Part shown: one piece after another, positions 52,003-64,000 of the stretch
Layout: the number at the start of each line of letters is the position of its first letter
Position numbering within the stretch: position 1 is the first letter of the stretch
Source: Tricharina praecox
Taxonomy: Eukaryota
Assembly (NCBI RefSeq): GCF_024521635.1
Contig: NW_026250413.1
Span: 682,001 to 746,000, forward strand
Reading direction: 5' to 3'
DNA: 64,000 nt
Notes under the pieces: generated by a model
What the model was told of the DNA's origin: nothing
Seen by the model: the letters and a program-made list of their open reading frames with translations, nothing else
Database searches by the model: none
Made by a program: the position numbers and the translations under genes

Positions 52003-53239
52003 TCACAAAAACTCGGAGAGAACACAGAACTTTTCACGGAGGACCCTCCTCTTTCCGATCGGACTGTCAATTCTGGGAGGCGGGATCCACTTCTCACCAT
52101 CCACTTGTTTGGAATGCGTCCATCCGCCATACAACAATTGAAAGGACTTCGGCGAGATCCTGTATAGCACCTCATCCTTACTGAGAGCGGTCGCGGGCCG
52201 CCATCCGCTACCCATCGAGTCCTCGAACATAACACCCGCATAAAACTGGCCGAAATAGCACAACCCTTCCGCATGGAGCGGGTGAAGATCCTCGCCGTCC
52301 GAGCGGACAACGATCACGCTTCCAGCGGGGTTTTCCCATCCTCCTCGTGCCCAGCCCCACCAATCATTCTCCGGATCATCGACCAAGTGGAGGAACGTCA
52401 CGGCTTGATTGCCGCGGTTTTTCCCCTCTCGTCCAACTTGGGCTGGGAGCTTCCTCAGCCCGAGCTGCATACCGACCCGCGTCGATAGTGGCGGAACCGT
52501 GTAGCGATGGTCGTTAATACTGGGGAATGGCACTTCGACAGCTTCATATTTCTCATGTCCGAAATTATCCACGTCGTCTTTGCAGTTGATTCTCACCCCC
52601 TTGACTACCTTCCTCGCAGAGGGTTTCTTCGCCGACGCTTAAAGCCTTATCCGTATTCGAGTCAGATCCGGATTCGGGATCTGCGGGCGAGACGAGGTAA
52701 TCCACCACGTCCCGTAAATCTTCAATGGTGACATCGAAAAACTGCGAGCTAGGTCGGTCACCGCCCACCACAAAAACCGGACCCGCCCAATGGCGAGTAA
52801 CCCTCCCCTTCGTAGCAGCAACAACACCCATGTTCGGTTCGACAGCGTCCAGGAAAGACTGGTTCATATGCCACAGCTTAAGCCCCCTCTTCGACGGTCG
52901 ATTGCGGATCTCATTGTCTGCGATCTCGTGGATGCGCGCTGGACGGACGTGCGCCGACAACTCCGACCGAGTTACCCACAGGAACCTGACCAAAGGCTCG
53001 ATGTTGGTCCCTGAGAAGCAGATGACCCGATGCACGTTCTTTCGGCCGTTCGGCGCGGTCTGGAAGTCTTTGTACTGCGGGCAGAGCAGCTTGTGCGCGC
53101 TCCAGTCTTCCTTCTGACAAGGCTTGCCGCAGTACCACGCTCCGGAGCACCGCGAGCAGCGCAGTGTGGAGGGCTTGTTGCACACGGTGCACTGTCGTTG
53201 TTCGGCCCCGAGCTTGGCCTCGTGTAAGGAGGTCTCCAT
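52003..53239 (-). pseudogene. MYND zinc-finger protein split by an apparent +1 frameshift near 52600-52645
   Basis: CTVC..CSRC..YCGKPCQKEDWSAHKLLC in ORF 52565-53239. The continuation KVVKGVRINCKDD...YEAVEVP...GSVIVVRSDGEDL lies in another frame (ORF 52003-52596), and no convincing intron joins them. Confidence 0.65.
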
Positions 53240-53791
53240 CGTGGTTGGTCTGCGTGGGTTCGGTAAGGTAAGGTGAATCGGTCAGCGGTTCTTGTAACTG
53301 TATCAATCGTCTTCTGGAATCGAGATGGATGGCGTCCTCGAGCAGGCTGGTGTCGAGAAGTGGGGTAGTTCAGCTCTTTCTTCCAGCCTCAGGCAGTGCT
53401 ACCTTCCCGTTTACGGTCCGCCGGTCGTTGGCGATTGCACAATTGCTGCATACGAGCTCCAGAGCCATCGGAGGTGGCAGACAACACCACCGTCAAAACG
53501 AAATATTCTTCTGAACTGACATATGTTTACCACTGCATAATCGAATCGTTCGCAATATTAGACGGTTGAACCTTGATCACGAGCAATAGATGGACGCACC
53601 TTTGCTGCGCTTGCCACTTTGATCCAAATTCTCAATTCTCAATTCACACAAGGGACATATGTGACGGAGTGGAACACATTCATGAAGCACTGTAGATTGA
53701 TAGATGGAAAAGGTGCAACAGAAGGTATCAATACGCCAGCAAATATATGTCAAAACTCCAGTAACCCATACCATCATTACTACACACGTCT

Positions 53792-53866
53792 CTCCTCCTC
53801 CTCCTCCTCCTCCTCCTCCTCCTCCTCCTCCTCCTCCTCCTCCTCCTCCTCCTCCTCCTCCTCCTC
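53792..53866. repeat. (CTC)25 / (GAG)25 microsatellite abutting the WLM gene stop codon
   Basis: 75-nt perfect trinucleotide run. Confidence 0.95.
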
Positions 53867-54535
53867 TTACTTCCCTGCGGCCGCCATCTTCTTCAACCTT
53901 ACCTCCGCCGCCTTAGCCATCATCTCCCTCCTACTCTCAGCACCACCCGCCGGCGCCGCAGTGGGGGTCACAGTCTTCCTCCCACCCCCACCGAGCGTAT
54001 GCGTGCCGCCACTCCAGCTCGCCCCACGATCCTGTTCCACCCTCCTCTCCGGCGGGGGCTCATAAAAAGTCTGATTACTCAGCGCCCTGCCGCCGGTAGT
54101 CCAATCATCCCTCTCGATCTCCTTCTCGAGGCGCCCACACAGCTCCCAAAAGTCCTTATCATGGTCGCCGAAGACGTTATGCGCGAGCTCGTGGGCGATC
54201 GTCTTCCGCACGGTCTTGTAGTCGCGATATCCATCGTACGCATCGGTGCGCAGACGCACCTCGATCAGCGCGCCGCGGTTGTAGTTGCGCCCCAGCGTCC
54301 GCGAGTTCGTGTCCGTGTTGCCGATCGGCTCCATTTCTGCCAGCACCGGGACCGTCCACTTGTACCGCCGCATCACGGATCGCACCCCCGCGTCTGACCG
54401 GATCCGCTCCAGGTATTCCAGCGCCCGGGACGGGTTGGGCAGGTGCGGAAGCGGCCGCAAGGTCGTGAATGTGTACATGTCGTTCGAGGAGGGCCCGGAG
54501 GGCGCGGGTCGCGCGGGTGGTATTGGTGGTGCCAT
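53867..54535 (-). CDS. WLM-domain (Wss1-like) zinc metalloprotease, intronless
   Basis: LAEMEP..TLGRNYNRGALIEVRLRTDAYDGYRDYKTVRKTIAHELAHNVFGDHDKDFW with the HExxH motif; TATAAA about 60 nt upstream of the ATG. Confidence 0.88.
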   Translation of the reverse strand: MAPPIPPARPAPSGPSSNDMYTFTTLRPLPHLPNPSRALEYLERIRSDAGVRSVMRRYKWTVPVLAEMEPIGNTDTNSRTLGRNYNRGALIEVRLRTDAYDGYRDYKTVRKTIAHELAHNVFGDHDKDFWELCGRLEKEIERDDWTTGGRALSNQTFYEPPPERRVEQDRGASWSGGTHTLGGGGRKTVTPTAAPAGGAESRREMMAKAAEVRLKKMAAAGK

Positions 54536-56209
54536 GGTGGTGGTGGGTGATGCGAGCTGGATGGAGGTTGCGACGGAGGATAGACGGGAGGTTTATAGCG
54601 GCCGGTGCCGTGGTCGTGTTGTGGAAGCTGTATTGCGAGGCCTGCGCCACGGGCCTGGGAGCTTCTAGATGTTGGTCATGACGTACATTAGTAATGCGCG
54701 CTTGCGGTTCACCCGCCTTAGATAAGGAGGCAGGGATGTGCAACTTTACGGGCGAGTGATTTTTGCGATAACTGCGCCATTCGTCCTGGGCGGCATTGGC
54801 CCACTCAACCGGGGAGTACATCGCCGTCCTTCACCGCCATATGGGCTGGTGACTACGTCTTTGTCTGGGCTATGAAGATCTAAAAGTGACTGGCGAACTT
54901 TCTCGATCGCGATGAATGCGAATGATATCTTATGCACTTCTCCGGCAAATAAAACCCCACTGTCATTAACCTTCCAGCTTCTCCGGAATCGGCTCCGAAA
55001 CCACATTTCGGAATTGAAGGCAATGTGACCAGTACTTGGTAAGCCTTTATATATCTTTAGGCAGTTCTATCGAGTTTTGGGTGATAGATGACACAGCTTA
55101 GGCGCTGCAACTGATGCTTCGTGGAGTGTCCCATCAGCCGGCCTGACAAAGCAATACGACTGTAGACGATCACTCTGACTCGCTATGTGCATAAATTAAG
55201 TATGCAAGGTACTTTGGAGGGAACAATAACATTCCCGCTTTCCACTCCACTGAATGCTATATAATCCCATCTAGATCATGACCTACAACTCGACCACCGG
55301 GTGATATCTCGTGCACATGACCAACAGCAACCAGCCATCATTCAAGGGTTCGGAATCAACCCAGCGGGACTGGATAACAGACTCAGCAGACCTATCCGAT
55401 GCTGTTATAGGTACCGCCAACAGATCTCAACGTTTTTCTAGGTATTCAAGCTGGAGATCATAATCCGATGCGACACCCATTGCCTATCACTCGGTGGTTC
55501 TACCTACACAAATAAACACTGGGAGTGTGCAAATTGCAGGGTCTGCGGGATGTATGCCATAGGTGAGAAGTTAAAGGTACCGGGGGATAGTATGTATCGC
55601 GATTATACGGGTGGACCAAAATGAGAATCGATAGGTGCTGTTACTGTGCTTTGCATTTAACCCTCGCCACGGCCCACGGAACAGGCGGGAAAACATCCGG
55701 AGAAGCTTTCCGTTGTGGTGTTGACGTCCGAAGCAAAAGATTTCCTCAGAGAGCCTGCCAGAGCCTTCTAGCTTCCCGTGCTACCGCACCCGAGGTCGCG
55801 TTTACGAAATCTAGAACTTCTAGACGCATCTTCGACAAGCGAGTGATTGCTCATGGACCACATTACCCCTGGTCGTTTGGGCTGGCGTCCCGGCGCGCCA
55901 CAAATCCAGATGGCATGTCATACAAGGGTCACACCCGCCGGCCTATCGCCTTTACCCTCATCGCTGGGCCCGTCCACTCTGTCCTCTTGGTCCCAAAATC
56001 ACCAGGTCAGGAACCTCGCTTTCATTTTCTTTGGCTTATAATCGCAACACATCGCATCGCATCTGTCCCCGAGCTCGAGCAAGCATCATCTGCAGCTCGG
56101 CTTGAAGCGTGCACGCACACACTACACTTGGAATCTACCCCCGCATCGCGTGGAACCTACATACGCAATACCTAATACCAAATAAATCCGCACTTGGCGG
56201 CTCAGAAGC

Positions 56210-57942
56210 ATGGCAGGATCGACCAAGGGTAGCTCGACGGGAGCTGGAGCTGGAGCTCCGGAATTCTCAGCAGCAGTGCGCAAGTCAATTCTCACAACTC
56301 TGTTCTTCTCGCTACTGCTCGATCTGGTATGTAACTTCGTTGCGGCGCCTTCCCGGCGGAAGCTTCAAGCTAATGGAACGTGCACCTCTAGCTTTCGTTT
56401 ACTCTGATCCTCCCGCTGTTCCCGCGCCTACTCGACTTCTATCGCTCGCAGCCCAACAACACCCTGCTGGACAGCATCTTTACGTTCCTCAACGCCTTCA
56501 AGCAATCGTTCCACCGCCCGATCAGCTCGCGCTTCGATGTGGTCCTCCTCGGCGGTGCCCTCGGCTCGCTGTTCTCGTTGCTTCAAGCCATCGCCTCTCC
56601 CATCATCGGCGCCCTGAGCGACCGCTACGGACGCCGCACAGCCCTCCTCTACTCGATGGCCGGAAACATCGCGTCAGTGGCGCTGTGGGTTTCGGCGAGC
56701 ACCTTCCCGGTGTTCCTGGCGTCGCGCGTAATCGGCGGCCTGTCGGAGGGCAACGTTCAGCTGGCAATCGCGATCGCAACGGACGTATCGACGACCGAGA
56801 ATCGGGGACACACGCTCGCACTCGTCGGCGTGGCGTTCAGCATCGCCTTCACGCTCGGGCCGATGATGGGCGCGTACATGAGCAGCAAGACGCTGAGCCT
56901 GGAGAATCCGTTCATGACCACTGCGCTGTTCTCGCTGGCGCTGTTGGTGGCCGAGACGTTGTTCCTCTACTTCAAGCTTCCCGAGACGCGCAGGACTCGC
57001 ACCGAGGAACAGAAGGCTTCTGCGAAACCGGTCGATTCGAAGGGACTGGGGCTGCTCAAGTTCACGCACCTCGCCTTCCTGCTGATCTTCTCGGGCATGG
57101 AGTTCTCTCTGCCGTTCATGACGTACGATCTGTTCAACTACAGCTCGGCGCAAAACGGCCGCGTGCTCGGGTTCATTGGTTTGCTGGCATCGCTGCTGCA
57201 GGGCGGGTTCTCGCGTCGTGCGAAAGCGAGCGTCGTCGCAAAGATTGGGCTCGTCAGCTCGGCGCTTAGCTTCTTCCTCCTGGCGAAGACCAACAGCCAG
57301 GGGATGTTGTATCTTGCGGCTGCGTTCTTGGCCGTCACGTCGGCGTGCGTCGTCACGGCGTTGAACACGCTGGCTAGCCTGCGGGTGGGTGAGGAGAATA
57401 GGGGCAGAGGCATGGGCGAGTTCAGGAGTGCCGGTACGGGTTTTCCTTTCTTTCGTTCAATCCTTCTCATTTCCCCTGGCCATTCGATGTATGTTGTTGG
57501 TGGTGGTGGTTGGTTGGGATGAGTCCCAACAACACGTCACACATAACCACAACATTCAGCCATGTAGCTCAGCTCGTGGCACCTGGGGAGATCGGTCTAG
57601 TAGCACCTCGCTAACGACTTTGAATAGGACAAATCGGCCGTGCAATTGGACCCGTACTTTTCTGTAAGTCACACATTTCAGCCCTTCCCCCCCTCTACCC
57701 CACATACTCCGTTACCGGGAAATTGCGACGGGATTGTTGCACTCGGGAGATGATAAGGGAGATTCAGATGGCTAACGAGGCGTCGATCGGTTTCCACAGG
57801 CTCGCTCTATTGGTGGGCTGGCAGGGACGCTGCGTATATCACTGGCGGAGTCGGTATGTCGTTGTTGACGGCGGTGGCGTGGAAGGGGCTGGTCGACCCT
57901 GCGGCGAACGTGGAGGAGATGAAGACGAAGAAGAAGGCGTAA
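56210..57942 (+). CDS. Major facilitator superfamily transporter (MFSD10/tetracycline-efflux-like), 4 exons
   Basis: LLLDL|LSFTLILPLFP, motif A GALSDRYGRR, GLSEGNVQLAIAIATD, FSGMEFSLPFMTYD, FRSAG|QIGRAIGP; TAA at 57940-57942. Confidence 0.9.
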
Positions 57943-60900
57943 AATGGTCGTTCTCCGGTGGAGAGATTGGGTTCAATTCTCTACATAGATGCTCGGCTTG
58001 TGTCGGTGTACTACCTATACAAAACACTATCCACGCGGTCGATGACAGAGCCGAGTGACAACTGTGACAACTGTGAGAACTTTGCCACCCACAAACAGCA
58101 TGATTTCCACAGCCCACGTGTACTATGCACTCTACCGTACATACTTCAGCCCCCATGAGATCGAGATCGAAGTCCCACATATCCTGCACTCGCCCGGAGG
58201 GAGGGGAGGGGGGGAGGGGGAAGGGCACATATTCACGGTGTTTCGCCGACGGGAAACACGAAGCCTCGCACGCCTTTCCCCTCCCTGCTCACACCATCCC
58301 TATCCCCTCGCTCCGGTTCACGGGAATAACTATCATAGTACCGGCAACGTCCGCCGCCAACGACGACGACTCGTCGAGCCTCGCCGCCGCCGGCGGCGTT
58401 TCACCGGGCGGGGTCGGGGGTTGGGGCGGGGGCCGAGTGGCAAACTGCACAGGCGCTTGAGGTTCGAAGTTTGAAGTTTGGACATGGCGAACAGAAATGG
58501 AAATGGAAACAGGAATGGAAACAGGGACGGAAAACGGAGATGGAAACATAAACGGAAACGGAAAACACCGCAGGCTAGAATAGATACGAGTACTCCCAAG
58601 TCCTAAGTACGGTACGGTATCTACGTTCTGCTCTGCTCTGCTGGCAACGTCGCCAGCGGTTGTCGGAACCCGCTGGCCTCGTCGCCCCCCATCCCTCCCC
58701 CCCTCCCCTCCTCCCCCCCCATCCCACCCTCAACTCTCAACTCTACATACTCTACATGCTCGTACCGTAATATTGAAACAACGCCCCCAAAAGCCCGCAG
58801 ACGCAGACGCGGTGCCGTGCGGTGCGGCGTGGTGTACCATGTGGTGCGGTGTGGTGCACCGTACCGCACCGGACGTACCGTGCTGTACTGGTGTGTACTG
58901 AGGGGCGTGTACTCTCCGGTACCTACCAGGTACTCTACATACTTGCCCAGGTACTTGCCTATCGATACCTCGCCGCCCATGCCCATGCCCACGATGCATC
59001 CATCCATCACCGCCAGGCTCCAGCAGACCAGCGCTACCGCCCGCGTCTACACATGCTGCATACAGATACACATGTTACGAGCTCTAGATTACTATCGTCC
59101 CGCACTAGAACCTTCTTCGTTCTTTCTCGCCCCGCAAGGCAAGGCCAGGAAGGAAGGAATCAGCAAAAACCGGAAACCCCAACCACCATCGGGTCGGGAC
59201 TTGGAAGATCCTGCAAGCGTGAATTGTTGAAACTTGAAACACGGGGCTTGTATGTACGAGTGTGTACATGAAGGTACATACGGTACTTTCTTGCTTGTTT
59301 ACGAGGTACATATGGACATGCGGTATGTACCGTATGCATACATGATTTGACGGGGGGGTTTTCTTCTGCTTCTTTTTTTTCTCATGTCCATTTTTTCCAT
59401 GGTTTTTCGTGATTTTTTTTTCATTTTCCGATGCCATGGTTGACTGGTTGACTGATGGGGGAAGGGGACGGGACGGGATGGTGAAACTGAGACTGCTTGA
59501 GACTACCGTACTCGATCGAGTAGCCCGGCGCCGGCTCGGGGATGTTCGCCCACGGCACGCAGGCAGGCAGAAGATTGGTGGGCAAGGCAGGCAGGCTGAT
59601 GCAGCAATGCCGGTGGAGCCGAGGCGAGGCTGCACTGGAGAATACGAGCACCTGCATGTGTGCACTCTACCTACTCAGGTACCGTATGTACTCTTACATC
59701 TGTACATACGCCGTGCAATCTCGAGTTGCAGCCGAGTGCTTACTATTACTATTACCGAATCTACCGAATTTACCACACGCAAGGCTTCCGGGACGAATAC
59801 GGCACATACGTAACAACCCAAGTAGGAACGCAGTGATGTCTGCCTGAAAATTGTCCAAGGGACCAAGGTCAGGACGGAACCGTGGAACTTCACCGCCCCC
59901 CGCATCCGGACGGATGGGTGGATGGGTGGATGGGAAATTCGTCTCGTCACGTCGCCGCCCCCCCCCGTGGGCCATGGATGATGGGGATGGGGATTCTCTT
60001 GCTCCTCATGCGCACGGACGTATATTGGAACATGCCGGTACATATGATGAGGTACTCTATACATTGGCTCTGCCAAGCAGACTGCGCATTTCTGCGCGGG
60101 AGCCTGGGAGTCTGCGAGCCGGGGAGGCGCGGTGGCTGTGTGTGTGTGTGTGTGTGTGTGTGGCTGTGGGTGGGGGCAGGTGTCTCGTCTACCGCTTGCG
60201 AAGTGAAGTTCGAACGGGTGGACTGTGGAGGTGCATACCGTATATAGATGCCTGAATATGTATGATAGGTACATAGAGTACCTATGAGGTGGGTATGGCG
60301 TGAGTATGGGGTACCTATCGGCGTCTCGGTGTCTCGGAATACACGCTGGTACCGTGGTCATGGACTCGTGGTATGGACGGTAACTATTATTACTGGTATA
60401 GGTACTATCGATTGAGGATGAAAATGTCCACGACTCCACGGCACATAATCGGAAGTGACATCAACCGAGCCACTCAATCCTCAACCCTCGGACGGCGACT
60501 GCGAGCGGTCGGCCGAACGACAATACCCAAGTACAATACATAGAGTACCGCCGTTTCCGCCGCACATCATAACCATCTCCCGAGCCTCGAGTCCCGAGTC
60601 CAGAAACAACGGACCCCATAGTCACACCGCAGACTGCAGTCCCACAACTCCGCCGCTTCGCCCACTCCATAAAATACTCTTTCGCCAAACGTCGAACGAT
60701 GCGGCGGTGGACCGTGGGCGGCCTCGCTGCTGAGATAGGTACCAATGCGGGGATAGGTACGTGCCTTGCCTATTAATGGAGTGCTATGTATAGTAGTAGC
60801 TGGGCGGAGATGTCAACGGGCGGACATGTCAAGATTCAACGGGGACACCTACCTATGTCTCATCTACCGCTGGTTCTTTGGAAAATCATCCCTTCGTTGC

Positions 60901-61170
60901 TGCCGGTATTTACATATCGGTACATACAGTACATACCGGTATCTTGCGGATGATCGTGGATAGTTATGCTCATGCTCCCGCGGTGACAGGCCAGCCGGAC
61001 TCCAGACTCCGGCTACCGGACACCGGAATGATGTTGCTGTCCGGTGGAACCTGCGGGCTCCAACTTCCACTTCCGACTTCCGGCGGACGGTGAACGGTGA
61101 ATCTGTAACCGTCAATACCGGTATGTATCTATTGGTATTTGTGCTTCTTGGTAGCGGATTTTCAGGAGTA

Positions 61171-61271
61171 TACATACCGGTACTATCACAGTATGTATAC
61201 CCAAGTACATACCGGTACTATCACAGTATGTATACCCAAGTACATACCGGTGCTATCACAGTATACCCAAG
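61171..61271. repeat. 35-bp tandem repeat, ~3 copies (TACATACCGGTACTATCACAGTATGTATACCCAAG)
   Basis: Two identical copies at 61171-61205 and 61206-61240; the third copy has 1 substitution and a 4-nt deletion. Confidence 0.9.
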
Positions 61272-63228
61272 TCTAGGTATGCCGGTGGTACTCTGTGTAG
61301 GGCTGAATTCGAACAGAAAGGGTATTTTTGGTTTGATCTTTGAAGTTTTGTCTCTCAGGTTTTGTCTCTCAGATTCCAAGTTGCAAGTTGCAAGCTCTAG
61401 GTTTCGACCGCAGGCGTAGCTGGCGCTGTCTCAGACCCTTGGACTCTCAGATTCTCAGACTCTCGGACTCCCAGGAGCTCAGATGCCCAGGAGCTGCACA
61501 TGCCGTAGATACGGTATGTGTGGGATGTGGGATGTGTATAGTGTGTATGGTGTGTGATGTGTATGGTGTGTATGATGTGTATTTACTGGCTATTACCTAT
61601 GATAGGTAGTAGCTATCCCTTTGAAGGATGCTGCAGCCTATTCCTGTGCCTGTTCTTGTGCTGTTCCTGTTCTTGTGCTGTTCCTGTTCCTGTGCTGTTC
61701 CTGTTGCCGTTCCTGTTGCTGTTGCTGTTCCTGCTCGGCATGCTGCTGTGTGGCTCGTCTGCAGGTACGGCATTGTAGCATCGCATAGCACAGCATAAGC
61801 TGCTATTCGTTAGTCAGGTACTGCCGTATCATAGAATACGGTATCAACCAATACCGGGGCCTATCATATGTACCGGGGACCTATCCTATCCTCTGAGCTC
61901 TCAGCCCCCGCGGACACCAGTGGGGGGGCTGAAGCCCGACTCTAACTAGATTCTAGTTATAGATCTGGACTGGAGTCTGGACACAACTGTCAACAGTGAA
62001 CACGAGCCCATCGGGGGGGAACGAAATTGGCGGAGTTAGGCTCCGCTCTGCACTCCGCACACTTCACTCCGCGCTCTTCACGAGTTATTCCTGCAACAGA
62101 TGCGATGGACGGAGATGCGATGGAGAGGTTCTCACGGAAACTGCTTGGAAAACATCGAATGCCCGACCAGGAATGGGACTTTGCGCCGGTTGCCAGTCCA
62201 GGAATGTACTGGTACCTACAACATTTAGGCACCGTAGCTACTGTACTCACCTATTCTTGCGAGAAATAGGGTATTCTCAAGAACAAGCTCAAGCTCGACG
62301 GGGAAGTTGAGTAGAGTTCAACGACACTCACTTCACCCACTCCGCCCCTCAAGCGAGACAAATCATTCCGGCTCCGCTGCGATCCGGGGTTCGATGGATC
62401 ATAGGGGCAGCTTGAGTTGCAGCCACCAGTCTTGGTGTCAGCGAGGCAAGTCTTGTCAAATCTTGTCAAGTCGCATCCAGTCGATCCGCTGCGATCGGCA
62501 GGTGCAACCAGTTGCCAGGCATTTATTTTCTTATTTTTCTCATGTATTTTTCTTATTTTTCCCAGGCATCCTTCCTTCCTGCGGCCTGCGGCCGCACGGA
62601 CAACTGCGGAGGAAGAAAGAAAGAAAGAACGAAGGCGTGCAGGAATGCGAAACGCAGAGTCTCAAATTCCTGCTGTGCTGTTCTGCTGTTCTGCTGTTCT
62701 TTTCTGTCACTCCGTCAGCGAAAAGGGGGGAGAGGCTGAGGGGCGGGGAGGGGAAAAGAAACATGATGGAGGGGGAGGGGAGGAGGAGGAGGAGGAGGAG
62801 GAGGAGGAGGAGGGGGAGGAGATGGAGGAGAGGGAGACGAGACAGTAATTTCCCACCACGTTGCGGCGAGGACGATGACGATGACGATGACGATTACGGT
62901 GACGATGGCGCTGGCGATGATGGCGCTGGTGATGATGCTGCTGCTGCTGATGGTAGTGCTGCTGATGGTAGTGCTGCTGATGGTAGTGCGCGCGCGCGTG
63001 CGGGTTCTCGTGAAGAAGAAGCAGCTGCGTGGAGCTGCGTGACGGCCGACGAATGGACTTTCGGAATCGGAACCGGCCAATCAACGTGTTAAGGTGCGGG
63101 GGACGCAGGTACCGTACATGGAGTACATAGAGTACGAGGCGCGCGGAAATGTCGATAATAATAATACCGTAATGTGTGGCAGGATTTGGATTTTGCCATC
63201 TGCAGACTGCAGACTGCAGGTACGACGA

Positions 63229-63362
63229 TGGAACTCTCAAACTCCAGTTGTGGATGGTGGATGGACTTCCACTCGAAAGTCAGCTTTGCCATGCATCTGC
63301 ATGCCCGGTGGAACTCTCAAACTCCAGTGATGGACATCCACTCGAAAACCAGCATTTGCCAT
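63229..63362. repeat. Diverged direct repeat (TGGAACTCTCAAACTCCAGT...CCACTCGAAA..CAGC..TTGCCAT), 2 copies
   Basis: Copies begin at 63229 and 63309 and share a 20-nt identical head. Confidence 0.8.
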
Positions 63363-64000
63363 CTGCTGCCCCGGCGATGCCCTCACAAGCGAGAGAGGGC
63401 CACTGGACACTCGTTCCTTCCCTCCGGTGGCAACTGTACTCTAGAATACCGCACTCCAATTACCTACCACCGGTACCTATGCCATGTAGAGTACAAAGTC
63501 GGTGATGATGAGGTGTTTCGGTCCTCAACTCGTGCGTATACCTACTCTACCACCAAATATCTACATACTCCACCGACTCGACTGATCCATGGCCTACTAC
63601 TAGTATCTAGTAGTAAGCAAACACCGAGACACAGTCGATTGATCGAGATTGCAAGTCCGCATGCCGTTTCTCGACCGTGATTCAATTTCCCGGTAGAGTA
63701 CCTGGATATGCAGTTAGAGTATCTACATGCTTGTTGGTTCCCGCCCAACTCGCTGCAAGCCATGGCCAACCTCTATGTACCCAGGTAAATGTAAGTACCT
63801 GCTCGATACTCTATGCTCTCCCCAGGTAAACCAACCAACCAACCAACAACTACTCTACCTACCGGTGCACACTCGACATAACTACACGGAATACACAGGA
63901 GGTGAACACCATCCGTCCCAAGTTCCCAACCTGTCGGCGAAGACGTCACGCCTCACGAAGCCCACCCCCCCCCATTCTCCGAATAGCCCGGGTTGCTCAT

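Noticed and set aside
58621-63769. Many 60-260-aa ORFs in the terminal region
   Set aside because: Low-complexity or microsatellite-derived, with no domains or coding bias.

Overview
Gene-dense, intron-containing DNA from a filamentous ascomycete (short GT-AG introns with CTRAY branch points; Pezizomycotina, possibly Pezizales, which is inference only). About 20 protein-coding genes were assembled by hand: a secreted But2-domain protein, PCF11, GGC1, a secreted alpha/beta-hydrolase, a Pumilio/PUF protein, an orphan, a large membrane-anchored hypothetical protein, ADK1, RPN8, RKI1, a PQ-loop transporter, a Raf1/DIM-9-like WD40 DCAF, GUK1, MAG2/RNF10, RPL8, an RNase III, COX5, the complex I 75-kDa subunit, a frameshifted MYND-finger gene, a WLM protease and an MFS transporter. 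About 6 kb of repeat-rich non-coding DNA follows. The standout is a near-perfect 454/455-bp inverted duplication of the last intron and most of the last exon of the Raf1/DIM-9-like heterochromatin gene (arms 33606-34060 and 34555-35008, 494-bp spacer). It could make the gene's read-through RNA a long hairpin, and the copy also carries its own spliceable ORF for a 139-aa fragment with both WDxR motifs. No tRNA, rRNA, CRISPR array or intact transposon was recognised. Family assignments come from remembered motifs; no database searches were run.
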